Assembly: GCA_045606785.1 (NCBI GenBank)
Contig: JAZUSN010000017.1
Span: 187 to 64,186, forward strand
DNA length: 64,000 bases
DNA from: Acutalibacteraceae bacterium
GTDB taxonomy: Bacteria > Bacillota > Clostridia > Oscillospirales > Acutalibacteraceae
Direction: 5' to 3'
Within the stretch, counting starts at the first letter, position 1; the number at the start of each line of letters is the position of its first letter. Under the pieces are notes generated by a model. It made no database searches, was not told the origin of the DNA, and saw nothing but the letters and a program-made list of their open reading frames with translations. The translations under genes and the position numbers were made by a program. Below are positions 1 to 10,140 of this stretch, in pieces.

Positions 1-122
1 TTTTCAGCGAATTCTGCTGTTACGGCAACCGCCTCTTTGCAGGTGTATTTCACCTTGCCGTTTGCGCACGGAAGAATTGAAAGAATAAAGGCAAGAATGC
101 CGGCAAAAAACCTTTTAAACAT
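1..122 (-). CDS. N-terminal fragment of a secreted protein or lipoprotein (gene continues off the window)
   Basis: Reverse strand reads MFKRFFAGILAFILSILPCANGKVKYTCKEAV.... It has a hydrophobic signal-like N-terminus, with AGGAGG about 10 nt upstream of the ATG at 120-122. Confidence 0.5.
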   Translation of the reverse strand, partial: MFKRFFAGILAFILSILPCANGKVKYTCKEAVAVTAEFAE

Positions 123-402
123 ACACTATATCCTCCTGCTTTTTTCACAATAATATCACAAAAGATTCAAAAACTTATTATAACTTAATTTTAGACTACT
201 TTAACACATTACAACAATAATTACAAGAAACAACAATATTGGATAATTATCTGTTTTGTTTCAGCAGCTTAAGTGGATTATATCAGGAGAAAGATATTCT
301 GAAGATTTGATTGACAAAAATATTTTAGAAAACCCGGAATTTAAAAACATTTTTCCGGAAAATTCGTTATTAGAGAACTCCCATAATAATACCGCTCCAC
401 AC

Positions 403-440
403 AAAAAAGGCAGCACTTTTCCGCGCTGCCGTTTTGTTTT
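403..440. terminator. Bidirectional rho-independent terminator
   Basis: Stem GGCAGC/GCTGCC, flanked by an A-run upstream and GTTTTGTTTT downstream. It lies just downstream of the minus-strand gene ending at 477. Confidence 0.6.
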
Positions 441-476
441 AATTAAGTTTTTATTTTAGGGAAACTAACGGAATTC

Positions 477-1949
477 TCAATAATGTGCAGCCGAGCACTC
501 ACAGACAGGATTTAAGCCAAAGAGCTTTGAGAAAAAGTTTGCTATCTTCCAGAGGAAGCCGAGGAAGCCCCCCTTATGGCACGCGTGTCCGCAATTTTCA
601 GCCTTATCAATTTTAGCTTCAATCGCTGCTAAATCATCTGCAATATCTGCGTGCGTTTCGGGATTTGTTGCTTTTGCGTTTTCAAGGTCTGCCTTGAGTT
701 CCGCGATAAAGGCCGCATACTCTTCGCCTGAGTGAGCCTGCTCAAACTCTGCAATCCTTGCTTCAATCGCAGTGTAATCAGGCTTTGAAAATGTACCGTC
801 TTCAATACCTTTTTCGATCGTATCGCATATTTCGTTTATACCGTCTGAAATACCGTCAAGGATATACTGTTCATCCGTGGTATAGTTGTTTTTTATGCCT
901 GTGTTTCCAAGATATTCGTCAGCAATTTTCCCGACCTGTGTGCGAATATACTCCTTTGTATCCTCAATAAGGCTGTCGGCATATTCATTGACAAGGCTGT
1001 TATAACGGTCCATAGCTGTATCATATTCGCTGTAATCAGCTTCTATTGCGCCGCAGACACACTCATCAGTACCGTCGAAGCTGTGGTTATGAGTACTAAC
1101 CTTAAGTTCAAGATATGTTTCATTTTTGAGCACCGACGAATCTTTTAAAAGCTCAAACTCACCGTCGGGAGAGGTTTTTGCAAATATATATGAGTTTTCG
1201 GGAGCGCCTTCAGCTATCATGAAACTTCCCCCACTATAGAGCATTCCGTCAGGAGAACTACCCTTGAAGTTTGCCCCCGGAGCTATTGTTAAGCTTTTGT
1301 GGTTGGCTATGATTTTTTGGTTATCACTTGAAGCGGTCAGAGTGCCCCCATTGAGAACAACATCATTGGTGAAAGCAGGGTTGTTTTTTACAGAAATCGT
1401 AACGTTGCCGCCGTTTTGGGTATAAGGTGCGCATATGACCGAATAACCTGCTCCTTCCGCAGTTGCCGTAATACTGATATCACCGCCGTTCACGGTTAAT
1501 TCTCCGTCCCAACCGCTATTCGTAATAAAATATCCTTTTGTTGTTACCGAAAGAGATGCGTTTTCTTCTGCATTGATAATAACATCCACATTCCAGTTTG
1601 CAATTGCATAGCTTAGACTGGGAACTATTGCATTGTCACCGGAAAGGGTTATGGTTATACTTCCGGCAATATCTGAAGATAATAAATAATGGTCAAACGT
1701 AAGATCTTTGAACGTAACATCAACGCCGTAACTGTCAATAATTTGCATTTTGGGATTATTTCCGGTAAAAACGAAGCCGTCCGGGTCATAATTATTTTCA
1801 TCAATATTGTAATAATTTGTTTCAGCCTTTGAAACATCGACAACAGTCGGCACGCCGTCGCTTTCGGCCGCAAAAGCAGAAAGCGGTGCAATGGCAAAAA
1901 TCATTGCCGCTGCAAGCAACATGCTAATAAGTTTGGTTGATTTTTTCAT
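477..1949 (-). CDS. Secreted protein: beta-rich N-terminal half, helical C-terminal half, Cys-flanked amphipathic C-terminal tail
   Basis: ORF 477..1979. Preferred start is MKKSTKLISMLLAAAMIFAIAPLSAFA at 1949, preceded by AAGGAGG. It has a clear signal peptide. The C-terminus is CGHACHKGGFLGFLWKIANFFSKLFGLNPVCECSAAHY. Confidence 0.8.
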   Translation of the reverse strand: MKKSTKLISMLLAAAMIFAIAPLSAFAAESDGVPTVVDVSKAETNYYNIDENNYDPDGFVFTGNNPKMQIIDSYGVDVTFKDLTFDHYLLSSDIAGSITITLSGDNAIVPSLSYAIANWNVDVIINAEENASLSVTTKGYFITNSGWDGELTVNGGDISITATAEGAGYSVICAPYTQNGGNVTISVKNNPAFTNDVVLNGGTLTASSDNQKIIANHKSLTIAPGANFKGSSPDGMLYSGGSFMIAEGAPENSYIFAKTSPDGEFELLKDSSVLKNETYLELKVSTHNHSFDGTDECVCGAIEADYSEYDTAMDRYNSLVNEYADSLIEDTKEYIRTQVGKIADEYLGNTGIKNNYTTDEQYILDGISDGINEICDTIEKGIEDGTFSKPDYTAIEARIAEFEQAHSGEEYAAFIAELKADLENAKATNPETHADIADDLAAIEAKIDKAENCGHACHKGGFLGFLWKIANFFSKLFGLNPVCECSAAHY

Positions 1950-2008
1950 AGGTTTTTCCTCCTTGTTATGTAAATACAAATTGCTAAAGCATTAATATGA
2001 TTTTCGGT

Positions 2009-2668
2009 TTAATTGCTTTCTTGTTCAACAAAATCAGTAAACTCTGCAAGAACACGTTTGCCGAGTCCTCTGCAGTCCATCGCAAGAACTATGTCAATTT
2101 TTTCCTTACGGATTTCATCGGGTATATTGTATATGCCGAGAATCTGATTGAGTGCAGCAGATATTCTGACATCAAGCGGCACAGATGCTTCGTTTGAGAT
2201 AATTGTTGCGTAATCTATACCTTGAATAAGTATCTCCGCTTCAACGAACTGCTCATGAGTCCACTCTTTGCAATAGTCTGCAAGAAGCTTCTTTGCTCTG
2301 CTCACGTGGTTTTCGCGAAGATAATTGAGGCACATTCTGCTCTGAAATGCAGAAACAAAGAAATCTCTTGCAACCTCATTTTCTTCACACGCTGCCGCAA
2401 CAGTCATAAGCTCAATACATATTGACAAAACAGAGCCCACTCCCCTGTCAGCCTCGTAATCAATCAGCTTTTCCTGAAACTCGCAAAGCATTCTTACAAG
2501 CTCGGCAAGCACGTATTCTTTTGTCGGGAAATAAAACGTAAAATTACCTTTGCTGATTCCAAGTTCGCTACATACCATCTGAACGGTTGTTGACGAATAT
2601 CCGTACTCAAGAAACATTCGAGTAGAAACACGGAGTATTTTGTCTTTAGTTTTTTCTTTCTTTGCCAT
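2009..2668 (-). CDS. TetR/AcrR family transcriptional regulator
   Basis: N-terminal HTH region KILRVSTRMFLEYGYSSTTVQMVCSELGISKGNFTFYFPTKEYVL is typical of the TetR family. Length is 219 aa. Confidence 0.9.
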   Translation of the reverse strand: MAKKEKTKDKILRVSTRMFLEYGYSSTTVQMVCSELGISKGNFTFYFPTKEYVLAELVRMLCEFQEKLIDYEADRGVGSVLSICIELMTVAAACEENEVARDFFVSAFQSRMCLNYLRENHVSRAKKLLADYCKEWTHEQFVEAEILIQGIDYATIISNEASVPLDVRISAALNQILGIYNIPDEIRKEKIDIVLAMDCRGLGKRVLAEFTDFVEQESN

Positions 2669-2694
2669 AGATCTTCCTCCAAACAGAGCGTTGC

Positions 2695-2723
2695 ACGTGT
2701 GCTACGTATAATTTAGCACGCGT
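2695..2723. promoter_or_regulatory. Candidate TetR operator (10-bp inverted repeat around a TATAAT-like box)
   Basis: ACGTGTGCTA-cgtataatt-TAGCACGCGT, with one mismatch between arms. It sits in the divergent intergenic region between the tetR-like gene and the yitT remnant. Confidence 0.4.
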
Positions 2724-2853
2724 ACGGATTTATGTCAATAGTTTTTTTATTTTTCTTCCCTTCTTTTTCCGACGCTTTAGACAATTTATACAGTTAACAT
2801 ATTTGAACGATTACAATTATAATGTTAGTTATAATACAATGCGTGGTGATTGA

Positions 2854-3152
2854 ATGAAAGAATTGAAAAAGATTAAAATTGTAAACCTGCTTATGCTTAC
2901 TGTTGCAGGTATTGTAAACGCTTTTGGCGTTACGCTGTTTCTGACGCCCGTAAAACTATATGACAGCGGTATTTCAGGCACTTCGATGCTGCTACACCCC
3001 AATATCTGACACTATCGGTATTCCTGCCGGTTCTTAATATTCCGCTTTTTATTTTCGGACTAAAAAAACAAGGATGGCTTTTTACCGTCTATGCAATATA
3101 TACCGTCGGAATTTTATTCTCGTTCACGAAATCGATCCGTCTGCATATATAA
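2854..3152 (+). pseudogene. Frameshifted and truncated YitT-family (DUF161-type) membrane protein remnant
   Basis: ATG at 2854 gives MKELKKIKIVNLLMLTVAGIVNAFGVTLFLTPVKLYDSGISGTSMLL, then a stop at 3007-3009. A shifted frame from 3012 continues LSVFLPVLNIPLFIFGLKKQGWLFTVYAIYTVGI... and stops at 3152. Only about 100 of the roughly 280 aa expected for this family remain. Confidence 0.6.
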
Positions 3153-3237
3153 CTATCAGCAAAGTAACTGACGTGTTTTCCAACAATAATGCAGATTAAT
3201 ATTTGTCGGTTTAGTCCGCTCATTCTCAATTAAATAA

Positions 3238-3288
3238 AGCGTTGCAAGCAGGAATCATCTCTCCCTGTGCTGCAACGCTTTTTTGTTT
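3238..3288. terminator. Imperfect hairpin with T-run (bidirectional terminator candidate)
   Basis: AGCGTTGCA...TGCAACGCT stem followed by TTTTTTG. It lies between the yitT remnant and the 3' end of the minus-strand gene at 3298. Confidence 0.5.
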
Positions 3289-3297
3289 TAACAATTA

Positions 3298-5193
3298 TTA
3301 TCTATTCATCAGCATTCTCATAAAGAGGCCGCCCTGAACGGTTCTGTGGCGGAATGAAACCCACCTGCCGCTGACTGTATCGTACCAATCCGACATCGGA
3401 ACCCGTGATGGACTTTCGTTATACGCCTTCCAGAGAGGTGCTACATACGCCTCAAAAACCTCGTCGGAGGAAGCCATAGACGCCGTCCACACAAGCCAGT
3501 CGGACTTTGTGTAATCGGCTCTGCTGTCAAGAGGCATACCGTACTCATTGAAATGCTTCATATTGTCTGCAAGCTCAGCATCCATAAACTCCTGACCAAA
3601 CAGTCCGCTGCCCCACACCTTATCCCAGACCATATTGTATTTCATTGAATATGAATCGGGCTTATCAAAGGCAAGCCTTGTTGTGCCGTCCGGATTGACC
3701 GCTGTATTCTTCCAGGTCTGAGCCATCTTGACAGCTTCCTCGCGGTAGTATACGGCTTTTTCGTCATTGCCGAGCATTTTCATTATTATTGACATACCCT
3801 GCAGACCCATAATCGCCTTGAGAGAAAGGTTACAGTTGTGAGCAAGATGACCGGCAAAATCGTCGGTACAAAGCTGATGGCCGGGATCGGCGCCGTGCTT
3901 TATAAGGTAGCTGCACCATTTTTCAAGAAGCTCAATATGAGAGTTTGCAAAATCCGCCTTACCCGTTGCGAGAGCAACGTTCGTTTCCATAATCAGCATA
4001 TTTCCGCACTCTTCAACAGGCATCTGCCACTTTTCAATATCCTTCTGATTGTTTGCATAGACCTGACCGTTTAGGAGAGGATACTGACCGACATCGTGCG
4101 GAGCGAAATCAAACACCCATGCATCACTCTGCGCAAACCTGTAAACGGGGCGCATCATACCCTTGATAAGCTCGGGATTATAAATCAGGAACATCGGAAT
4201 TGACGGATAAGATACGTCAACCGTTGCGGCGCAACCGTTTGAGTAACACTCCTTGGAAATGAAAAGTATTTCACCGTTCTTATCGAGGACAAGCTTGTGT
4301 GCGGCAATAACCTGACGGTAAGCCAGCGACAAAAGCTCGGCGTATTTTTCTCCGCCTGCCTTGAGTGCATCGCTATATAGCTTGTCCGAAAACTCCTTAC
4401 ACCTGTTTTTGAGTGTAGCATATTCATTAGCCGCCTGAGAGATTGCCTCGGTTATTGTCTGACCGTCCTTGTTCCAATAGGAACAAAGCTTCTCACCGAA
4501 ATACTCGATGCTCTTTATATCGTCATATGCAAAATAATAAACGGCTGCTTTGTTTTCCTCGAGGGGTACGGTGATATTGATATGTGCATCGCCCCATATC
4601 TCGTTAGCAAAGCCCTTTGCGTTTGCATCGTTACAAGCCAGATAAAGATATCCCCAATCAATTTTAACGTCGTCACCGCTCTTGTTGAGAGGCTTCTGAA
4701 TACGATTGCCCATTTTCATAACGATAATATCGTCAACCGACAATTTTTCGGTATCAACAAGGTCATCGTTGGGCTCATCAAGACAAAGCTCTTCACTTGC
4801 AGCAATATTCACTGAAACCTCGTGCTCTTTTCCGTCCTTAGATTTGTAGGAAACCTCCAAATACGAAACGGGACGGGTAAGAAGAACGTAATCATCGGGA
4901 ATGAGAGGAGTCAAAAAGCTTATATTCAGAACGATTTCGTCGTTTTCAAACACAGCTGAAGTGGAAAGCGCATCAATATCCAAAGACACCTGCTTGATTT
5001 TATGTATATCTCTGTGGTAACCGAGGAAAAGGTACTCTTTGCCATCAATATTTACCGTGCCGATTACGGAGTTGCCCTTGCCCGACCAATGCTCGGTTTT
5101 GGAAAAATTGAGATTTGTATCAGCTGACCAGACGGTAAAAAACGGGTCAACGGTAATTAAAGGTACTGCAGGTGCTCTGAGTTTCATTTTCAA
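3298..5193 (-). CDS. DUF4965/DUF5127/DUF1793 'glutaminase A-like' putative glycoside hydrolase, no signal peptide
   Basis: 631 aa. The N-terminus LRAPAVPLITVDPFFTVWS...HWSGK and the overall length and organisation match the bacterial glutaminase-like family found in glycan-utilisation loci. Confidence 0.75.
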   Translation of the reverse strand: MKMKLRAPAVPLITVDPFFTVWSADTNLNFSKTEHWSGKGNSVIGTVNIDGKEYLFLGYHRDIHKIKQVSLDIDALSTSAVFENDEIVLNISFLTPLIPDDYVLLTRPVSYLEVSYKSKDGKEHEVSVNIAASEELCLDEPNDDLVDTEKLSVDDIIVMKMGNRIQKPLNKSGDDVKIDWGYLYLACNDANAKGFANEIWGDAHINITVPLEENKAAVYYFAYDDIKSIEYFGEKLCSYWNKDGQTITEAISQAANEYATLKNRCKEFSDKLYSDALKAGGEKYAELLSLAYRQVIAAHKLVLDKNGEILFISKECYSNGCAATVDVSYPSIPMFLIYNPELIKGMMRPVYRFAQSDAWVFDFAPHDVGQYPLLNGQVYANNQKDIEKWQMPVEECGNMLIMETNVALATGKADFANSHIELLEKWCSYLIKHGADPGHQLCTDDFAGHLAHNCNLSLKAIMGLQGMSIIMKMLGNDEKAVYYREEAVKMAQTWKNTAVNPDGTTRLAFDKPDSYSMKYNMVWDKVWGSGLFGQEFMDAELADNMKHFNEYGMPLDSRADYTKSDWLVWTASMASSDEVFEAYVAPLWKAYNESPSRVPMSDWYDTVSGRWVSFRHRTVQGGLFMRMLMNR

Positions 5194-5402
5194 TCATCCT
5201 TTCAAAAAGCATAAGCTGATTATAAGATATATTACGGCATAAAGCAACAAAAATGATTTATTGATATATCCCATTAGCCGTGATAAAACCATTAAAATAA
5301 CAAGAAAGATATGAAATGATATCTTATGAGCTTATAACTGTACGAAAAATAAAAGCGCTGCCAACTTGAAATCAAGATCGTAGCGCTTTCGCTTTATTAT
5401 TT

Positions 5403-7742
5403 TCAGTTATCGGATATTAGTTGTACAATTTCGATACCTGCGGTTTTATCGCTGTTTATATAGCCGCCGTTTTGGTAATACAGCTCTGAATTGACCGTCA
5501 CCACAGCGTTTGCAGGCACGTGCAGAACAGCTTTTACGCCCTGCGGCATGGTAAGATTGACGGCGCACTCGTCAGATGACTTTTCTGCGTTCAGAGTGAT
5601 TAAGCCCTTAACGCTCGGCACGGTACAGCTTATATTGTCAAACAGGTCATACTGAGGATTTATACTGACCTTTTCATAGCCTGCGCCAAGAGGAGTAATG
5701 CCGGCAAAGTGCTTGCTCATTATAACAAGCGGGCCGCCGCTCCAGGCGTGGTTTTTAGTACCTCGCCACGAATCCCAGAACTCCCAGAGTGTAGAATAAT
5801 CCTCGCCCATCATTTCCTCATATCTGATTTTGATTCTGTCTTTTGCCGCCTCATATTCGCCCATTTTGCACAGCGCCTCAAGCACGTAATACTCCATATA
5901 CGGGCTTGAATTTTTGGTATTTTTCAGCACATTCGTAATAACGCCGTACTGTTCTTTATCCGCAAGACCCGATAAAACGGCAAGCGCATTTGCTCTGTCG
6001 TCAGGCTTTCTTACGTCTTTACTCTTGTAGCCGTCTTCCGTCCAGAGTGACTTATAGCCCTTGGCGATAGCGGATTTCCTTTCGGTGATAAACGGCAAGT
6101 CGCTATCCCTGCCGAGAATTTCCGCCATTTGTTCCGTGGCAGAAAGAGCGTAGTAAACCCAGGCGTTTTCTATAGCCGTCATATCTGCCTTTGAGCCCCA
6201 ATCGGCCCAATCCCACGAGCCTTCGCGATGAACAACAAGGTTATTCTCGCCGATTTCCCAGAGCTTAAGATAATTCAGCGAAGCGTCGTAAACCTTTTCG
6301 ACAAACGCCTTATCGCCCGTATACTCATAGTAAGTTAGGAAACCGACAATGCCTGCAAGCTGTTGAACGGGCAGCTCAAAATAATCGCCGCTTATGGGCA
6401 CGACGGTTTGAAGCACGTTTGTATCATCAACGTGAGAAAGCATTGCCTGAACGCCCTTTTGATACAGAAGATAAGAGTTACTGTCCATAGAGTACATAGT
6501 CATTATCATTTCACTTGTGACGTCACCCCACCATTGCGCTCTTTCTCTGTCCGGGCAATCCATAAAATTATCGCGCATAGTGACGTAGAGCGTACGCAGA
6601 GATTTCTGCCACAGGGAATTGAGAAACTCATCATCGCACGTGAAATTGCCGCAGAATGAGCTGTTATACCCCGTTTCACGGTACTGCAAGGAAACGATTT
6701 TGACACCTCGCGGTATTTTATAAGTAATATGCTCACCGTTTATCCAGCCGAGGGCTTCGAACTCCTGCTCACCCTCTTTCGTTATGTAGGTTGAGGAAAC
6801 CGCACCGATAAGAGTGTTTTCAGTTGTTATGCGTATCTTTTTACCCGCAGGTGCCACTATTTTCAGATAGGGAGTAAGCTGTGCATTGTAAGGCACGTCA
6901 ACTGTAATCTTTTCGCCAAAGAGCTTACTTACGGTATAGTTTTCATAATTCTTCGAATTTTCGTAATCCTTCAATCCGTAATCCTTAAGGAAAGGAATTC
7001 CCCTCGGATAAAGCTTACCGTATACCCCCTCACCGCCGCGGGCATATTCCGTTGCATTTTCCCAGGAGGAGGTATCATACCCTGAACTTAACCAGTCCTC
7101 CGTATCCTTTCTTGCATCAAAACAGATGCTGTATTCGGGAAGCCTGTAGTTGGGCGGATAAAGTGCGCTGTCAATATAAGCGCTGTGCCTTTTCACCTTC
7201 CAGCTACTGTCGGAAACTACGGATATTTCTTCATTCACAGCCTCAAAAAGGAAACCGCCTTGACCGCTGCTGCAGTATGAATAGCTGGTTTCATCATCCC
7301 AGTACCATACCAGAGCACAGATTGCGTTTTCGCCCTCTTTTAAGTAGGGAGCAATGTCAACGCTGTCGTAATAGCAGCTGTTTTTGTCGGGGCCGCGCTT
7401 AACGCTGCCTTCGAAAACAACAGTCTCTCCGTTTATGTAAAGCCAGTATTTGGAATCAGCAGCAATATCGGCAATCAGCGTCACGGGCACTTTTTCTAGA
7501 CTTACTTTTTTGCTCAGGCACATCCAGACGTTTTTCTCCGTCAGGTTGTTCTTATCCCATATCCATTCAGCCTTCCACTCTATCTTCTCATCGGTAGAAA
7601 TCACGCTGTATCCGGGAATTGTTTCGGGAACAGTATATTCGTTTGTATACGGCACAAGCGTCGGCTTACCGAAAGAAAAAAGCGAAGCAATAAAAGCTGC
7701 CGCTATAGCAAGATATGAAATAATTGTCTGTATTGCTCTCAT
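5403..7742 (-). CDS. GH78-like (alpha-L-rhamnosidase family) six-hairpin glycosidase, membrane-anchored or secreted paralog
   Basis: 779 aa. N-terminal hydrophobic segment IISYLAIAAAFIASLFSF. The motif FMDCPDRERAQWWGDV matches the DCP-RE-x-x-W-GD signature of the Bac_rhamnosid6H catalytic domain. Confidence 0.8.
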   Translation of the reverse strand: MRAIQTIISYLAIAAAFIASLFSFGKPTLVPYTNEYTVPETIPGYSVISTDEKIEWKAEWIWDKNNLTEKNVWMCLSKKVSLEKVPVTLIADIAADSKYWLYINGETVVFEGSVKRGPDKNSCYYDSVDIAPYLKEGENAICALVWYWDDETSYSYCSSGQGGFLFEAVNEEISVVSDSSWKVKRHSAYIDSALYPPNYRLPEYSICFDARKDTEDWLSSGYDTSSWENATEYARGGEGVYGKLYPRGIPFLKDYGLKDYENSKNYENYTVSKLFGEKITVDVPYNAQLTPYLKIVAPAGKKIRITTENTLIGAVSSTYITKEGEQEFEALGWINGEHITYKIPRGVKIVSLQYRETGYNSSFCGNFTCDDEFLNSLWQKSLRTLYVTMRDNFMDCPDRERAQWWGDVTSEMIMTMYSMDSNSYLLYQKGVQAMLSHVDDTNVLQTVVPISGDYFELPVQQLAGIVGFLTYYEYTGDKAFVEKVYDASLNYLKLWEIGENNLVVHREGSWDWADWGSKADMTAIENAWVYYALSATEQMAEILGRDSDLPFITERKSAIAKGYKSLWTEDGYKSKDVRKPDDRANALAVLSGLADKEQYGVITNVLKNTKNSSPYMEYYVLEALCKMGEYEAAKDRIKIRYEEMMGEDYSTLWEFWDSWRGTKNHAWSGGPLVIMSKHFAGITPLGAGYEKVSINPQYDLFDNISCTVPSVKGLITLNAEKSSDECAVNLTMPQGVKAVLHVPANAVVTVNSELYYQNGGYINSDKTAGIEIVQLISDN

Positions 7743-7895
7743 ATTAACCTCCCGTTGTTGTTGGCGTGTTATTTTATTTTATCACCATATGCCGATAATT
7801 TCAACTTGTATATTGCAAAGTGACCGTTGAAAAACAACGATACATCTGTTATGATAACAGTCAGCGAATATTAATTTCAATGAGGTATTATTTTT

Positions 7896-10079
7896 ATGGG
7901 CAACGCATTATATGTTGATACGACAATCGGCACTGTCGGTGACGGACAGATCGAGAAATCCCACGGCGGCGGCAAAACCTACCCCGGTGCCTGCATCCCC
8001 GGCGGAATGGTTCAGCTCTCACCCGACACGATAAGCGGCGGCGACAACGGCAGCGGCTACAACTACTGCCACGATACGATTGAAGGTTTCAGCTTTAACA
8101 GAATGAGCGGCATAGGCTGGTACGGCGACCTGGGAAACATCCAGATTATGCCCGTAACCGAGGACACCGACCTTCGCAGCGGAAGCAACGAGGAGCTGCC
8201 TTTCACCAAGGGTACAGTCGGCTGGAAATCCGCATTTTCTCACGAAACAGAGAAGACCCGCGCAGGATATTACTCCGTTATGCTTGACAGGTATGGCGTT
8301 TTTGCAGAGTGCACAGCATCGGAGCACACGGGTATTTTAAGGTTTACGTATCAAAAAAACGCAGATAAAAAAGTAATCATCAACCTCAGCAGAAGAATCG
8401 GCGGTAAGGCGGATTTTCAGGAGGTTGACATAATAAACGACAGAAAGATAGAAGGACATATCAAGTGTACTCCTGCAGGCGGCGGCTTCGGTCACGGTAA
8501 CGGAGGAATTTTCTATGATGTGTATTTTGTTGCGGAATTTTCGTCTCCTTTTATCGGAAAGAAATTCTTTGAAAACGAGGAATTCACAGACACCTGCAAG
8601 GGTGAGGATCTGGGACTTTTTCTGGATTTCTCAAAAGAAAGTGATAAAGCATTACAGATAAAATGCGCTATATCCTATGTCGATATTGAGGGTGCAAGGA
8701 AAAATTTTGCTGCAGAATGCGAAAATACGGATTTTGACGATATGGCAGAAAGTGCCCTTAAAAAATGGGACGAAGCGTTTTCCTGTATAAAGGTTTCGGG
8801 CACGGATGAAACAGACCTGAAGCTGTTTTACACCTGCCTTTATCACGTGCTGCTGGACCCACGCACAATGGCTGACACGGACGGCAGATACAAAATCAAC
8901 TACGAAACCTTCAGAAACTCCGACTACAAGCAGAGAACGGTTTTCAGCGGTTGGGACGTTTACAGAAGCGAGTTTCCCCTGCTGAGCATTATCAGCCCCG
9001 ACACGGTACGGGATGAGATCAATTCGCTGCTGAAAATTGCAGAGCTCAATAATTCCTCATTCCCCCGTTGGGAGCTGCTCGGTATAAACGCAGGCTGTAT
9101 GGTCGGCGATCCCGGACTTATCGTGCTGGCAGATGCCGTTATAAAAGGCATTTACCCCTACGATATCGAAAAGGCATACAGAATTTCAAAAGCATCGAGC
9201 CTTTGCGAAAAAGAGCTGTTCGGAAAAGAATTCAAATCCATAAGACCCGACTGCAAGGAATACCTCGATGACTGCTATGTACCCGAAAAGCTGAGCGACA
9301 CACTTGAATACCTGCTTGCCGATTTCACTATGGCTAAGCTTGCGGACAAACTCGGCAAAACAGAGGATGCAAAGCTCTTTGAAAGCAGAGCCGACCGCTA
9401 CGCAGAAAACTACAATAAAGCATTGCAGTTTATGGCACCGCGTTGGCAGAACGGCGAATTCGTTTTTGAAGAAGACAGATATGACGATGACGGAACTGTG
9501 GAAAGCAATATTTTCCAGCAATCGTGGTTTGTGCCGTATGACGTCAAGGGGCTGAGCAGACTTTTCTCAGAGCAGAGAACAATTGAGCTGCTTGAGGAAT
9601 TTTTCGAAAAAGCAGACCTCAAAAGCCTCTGGAACGACGATTACAACCACTCAAACGAGCCGTGCCACAACATTACACACTATTTCAGCATTCTCGGACT
9701 TCCCGAAAGGACACAGTACTGGACAAGACGCGTTCAGAAAGAGGCTTACCGCACGGGCGCATACGGCTTTTGCGGCAACGAGGATGTAGGACAGCTCTCT
9801 GCATGGTACGTGCTTTCTGCCATGGGCTTTGCGCAGGTTTGCCCTGCCGACCCGAAATACTACATAAACACACCGCTTTTCAAAGATATCGAAGTTAAGT
9901 TAGACAAAAATTATCACTCCTGTAAAGTATCCGATACGTTAAAAATCAGCTGTGATAAGAATCCTCTTGATTTCCCGTATATCAAATCCGTCAGATTAAA
10001 CGGAAGAGAAATCACCGAATGCTATCTTACCTATGAGGAAATTACAAGCGGCGGCGAAATTGCATTTGAGCTGAAATAA
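7896..10079 (+). CDS. GH92 family alpha-mannosidase, no signal peptide
   Basis: 727 aa. GGGKTYPGACIPGGMVQLSPDT near the N-terminus and NEPCHNITHYFSILGLPERTQYWTRRV are GH92 hallmark regions. Confidence 0.9.
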   Translation: MGNALYVDTTIGTVGDGQIEKSHGGGKTYPGACIPGGMVQLSPDTISGGDNGSGYNYCHDTIEGFSFNRMSGIGWYGDLGNIQIMPVTEDTDLRSGSNEELPFTKGTVGWKSAFSHETEKTRAGYYSVMLDRYGVFAECTASEHTGILRFTYQKNADKKVIINLSRRIGGKADFQEVDIINDRKIEGHIKCTPAGGGFGHGNGGIFYDVYFVAEFSSPFIGKKFFENEEFTDTCKGEDLGLFLDFSKESDKALQIKCAISYVDIEGARKNFAAECENTDFDDMAESALKKWDEAFSCIKVSGTDETDLKLFYTCLYHVLLDPRTMADTDGRYKINYETFRNSDYKQRTVFSGWDVYRSEFPLLSIISPDTVRDEINSLLKIAELNNSSFPRWELLGINAGCMVGDPGLIVLADAVIKGIYPYDIEKAYRISKASSLCEKELFGKEFKSIRPDCKEYLDDCYVPEKLSDTLEYLLADFTMAKLADKLGKTEDAKLFESRADRYAENYNKALQFMAPRWQNGEFVFEEDRYDDDGTVESNIFQQSWFVPYDVKGLSRLFSEQRTIELLEEFFEKADLKSLWNDDYNHSNEPCHNITHYFSILGLPERTQYWTRRVQKEAYRTGAYGFCGNEDVGQLSAWYVLSAMGFAQVCPADPKYYINTPLFKDIEVKLDKNYHSCKVSDTLKISCDKNPLDFPYIKSVRLNGREITECYLTYEEITSGGEIAFELK

Positions 10080-10140
10080 CATGAACAAAGCTTGCTGTAA
10101 ATTTTATCAAGACTAATCTTATTCAAACGGAGATGACGAA

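Noticed and set aside
256-459. 67-aa plus-strand ORF
   Set aside because: It lies in an AT-rich intergenic region, starts at a non-ATG codon (TTG), has no RBS, and runs through the terminator hairpin at 403..440.
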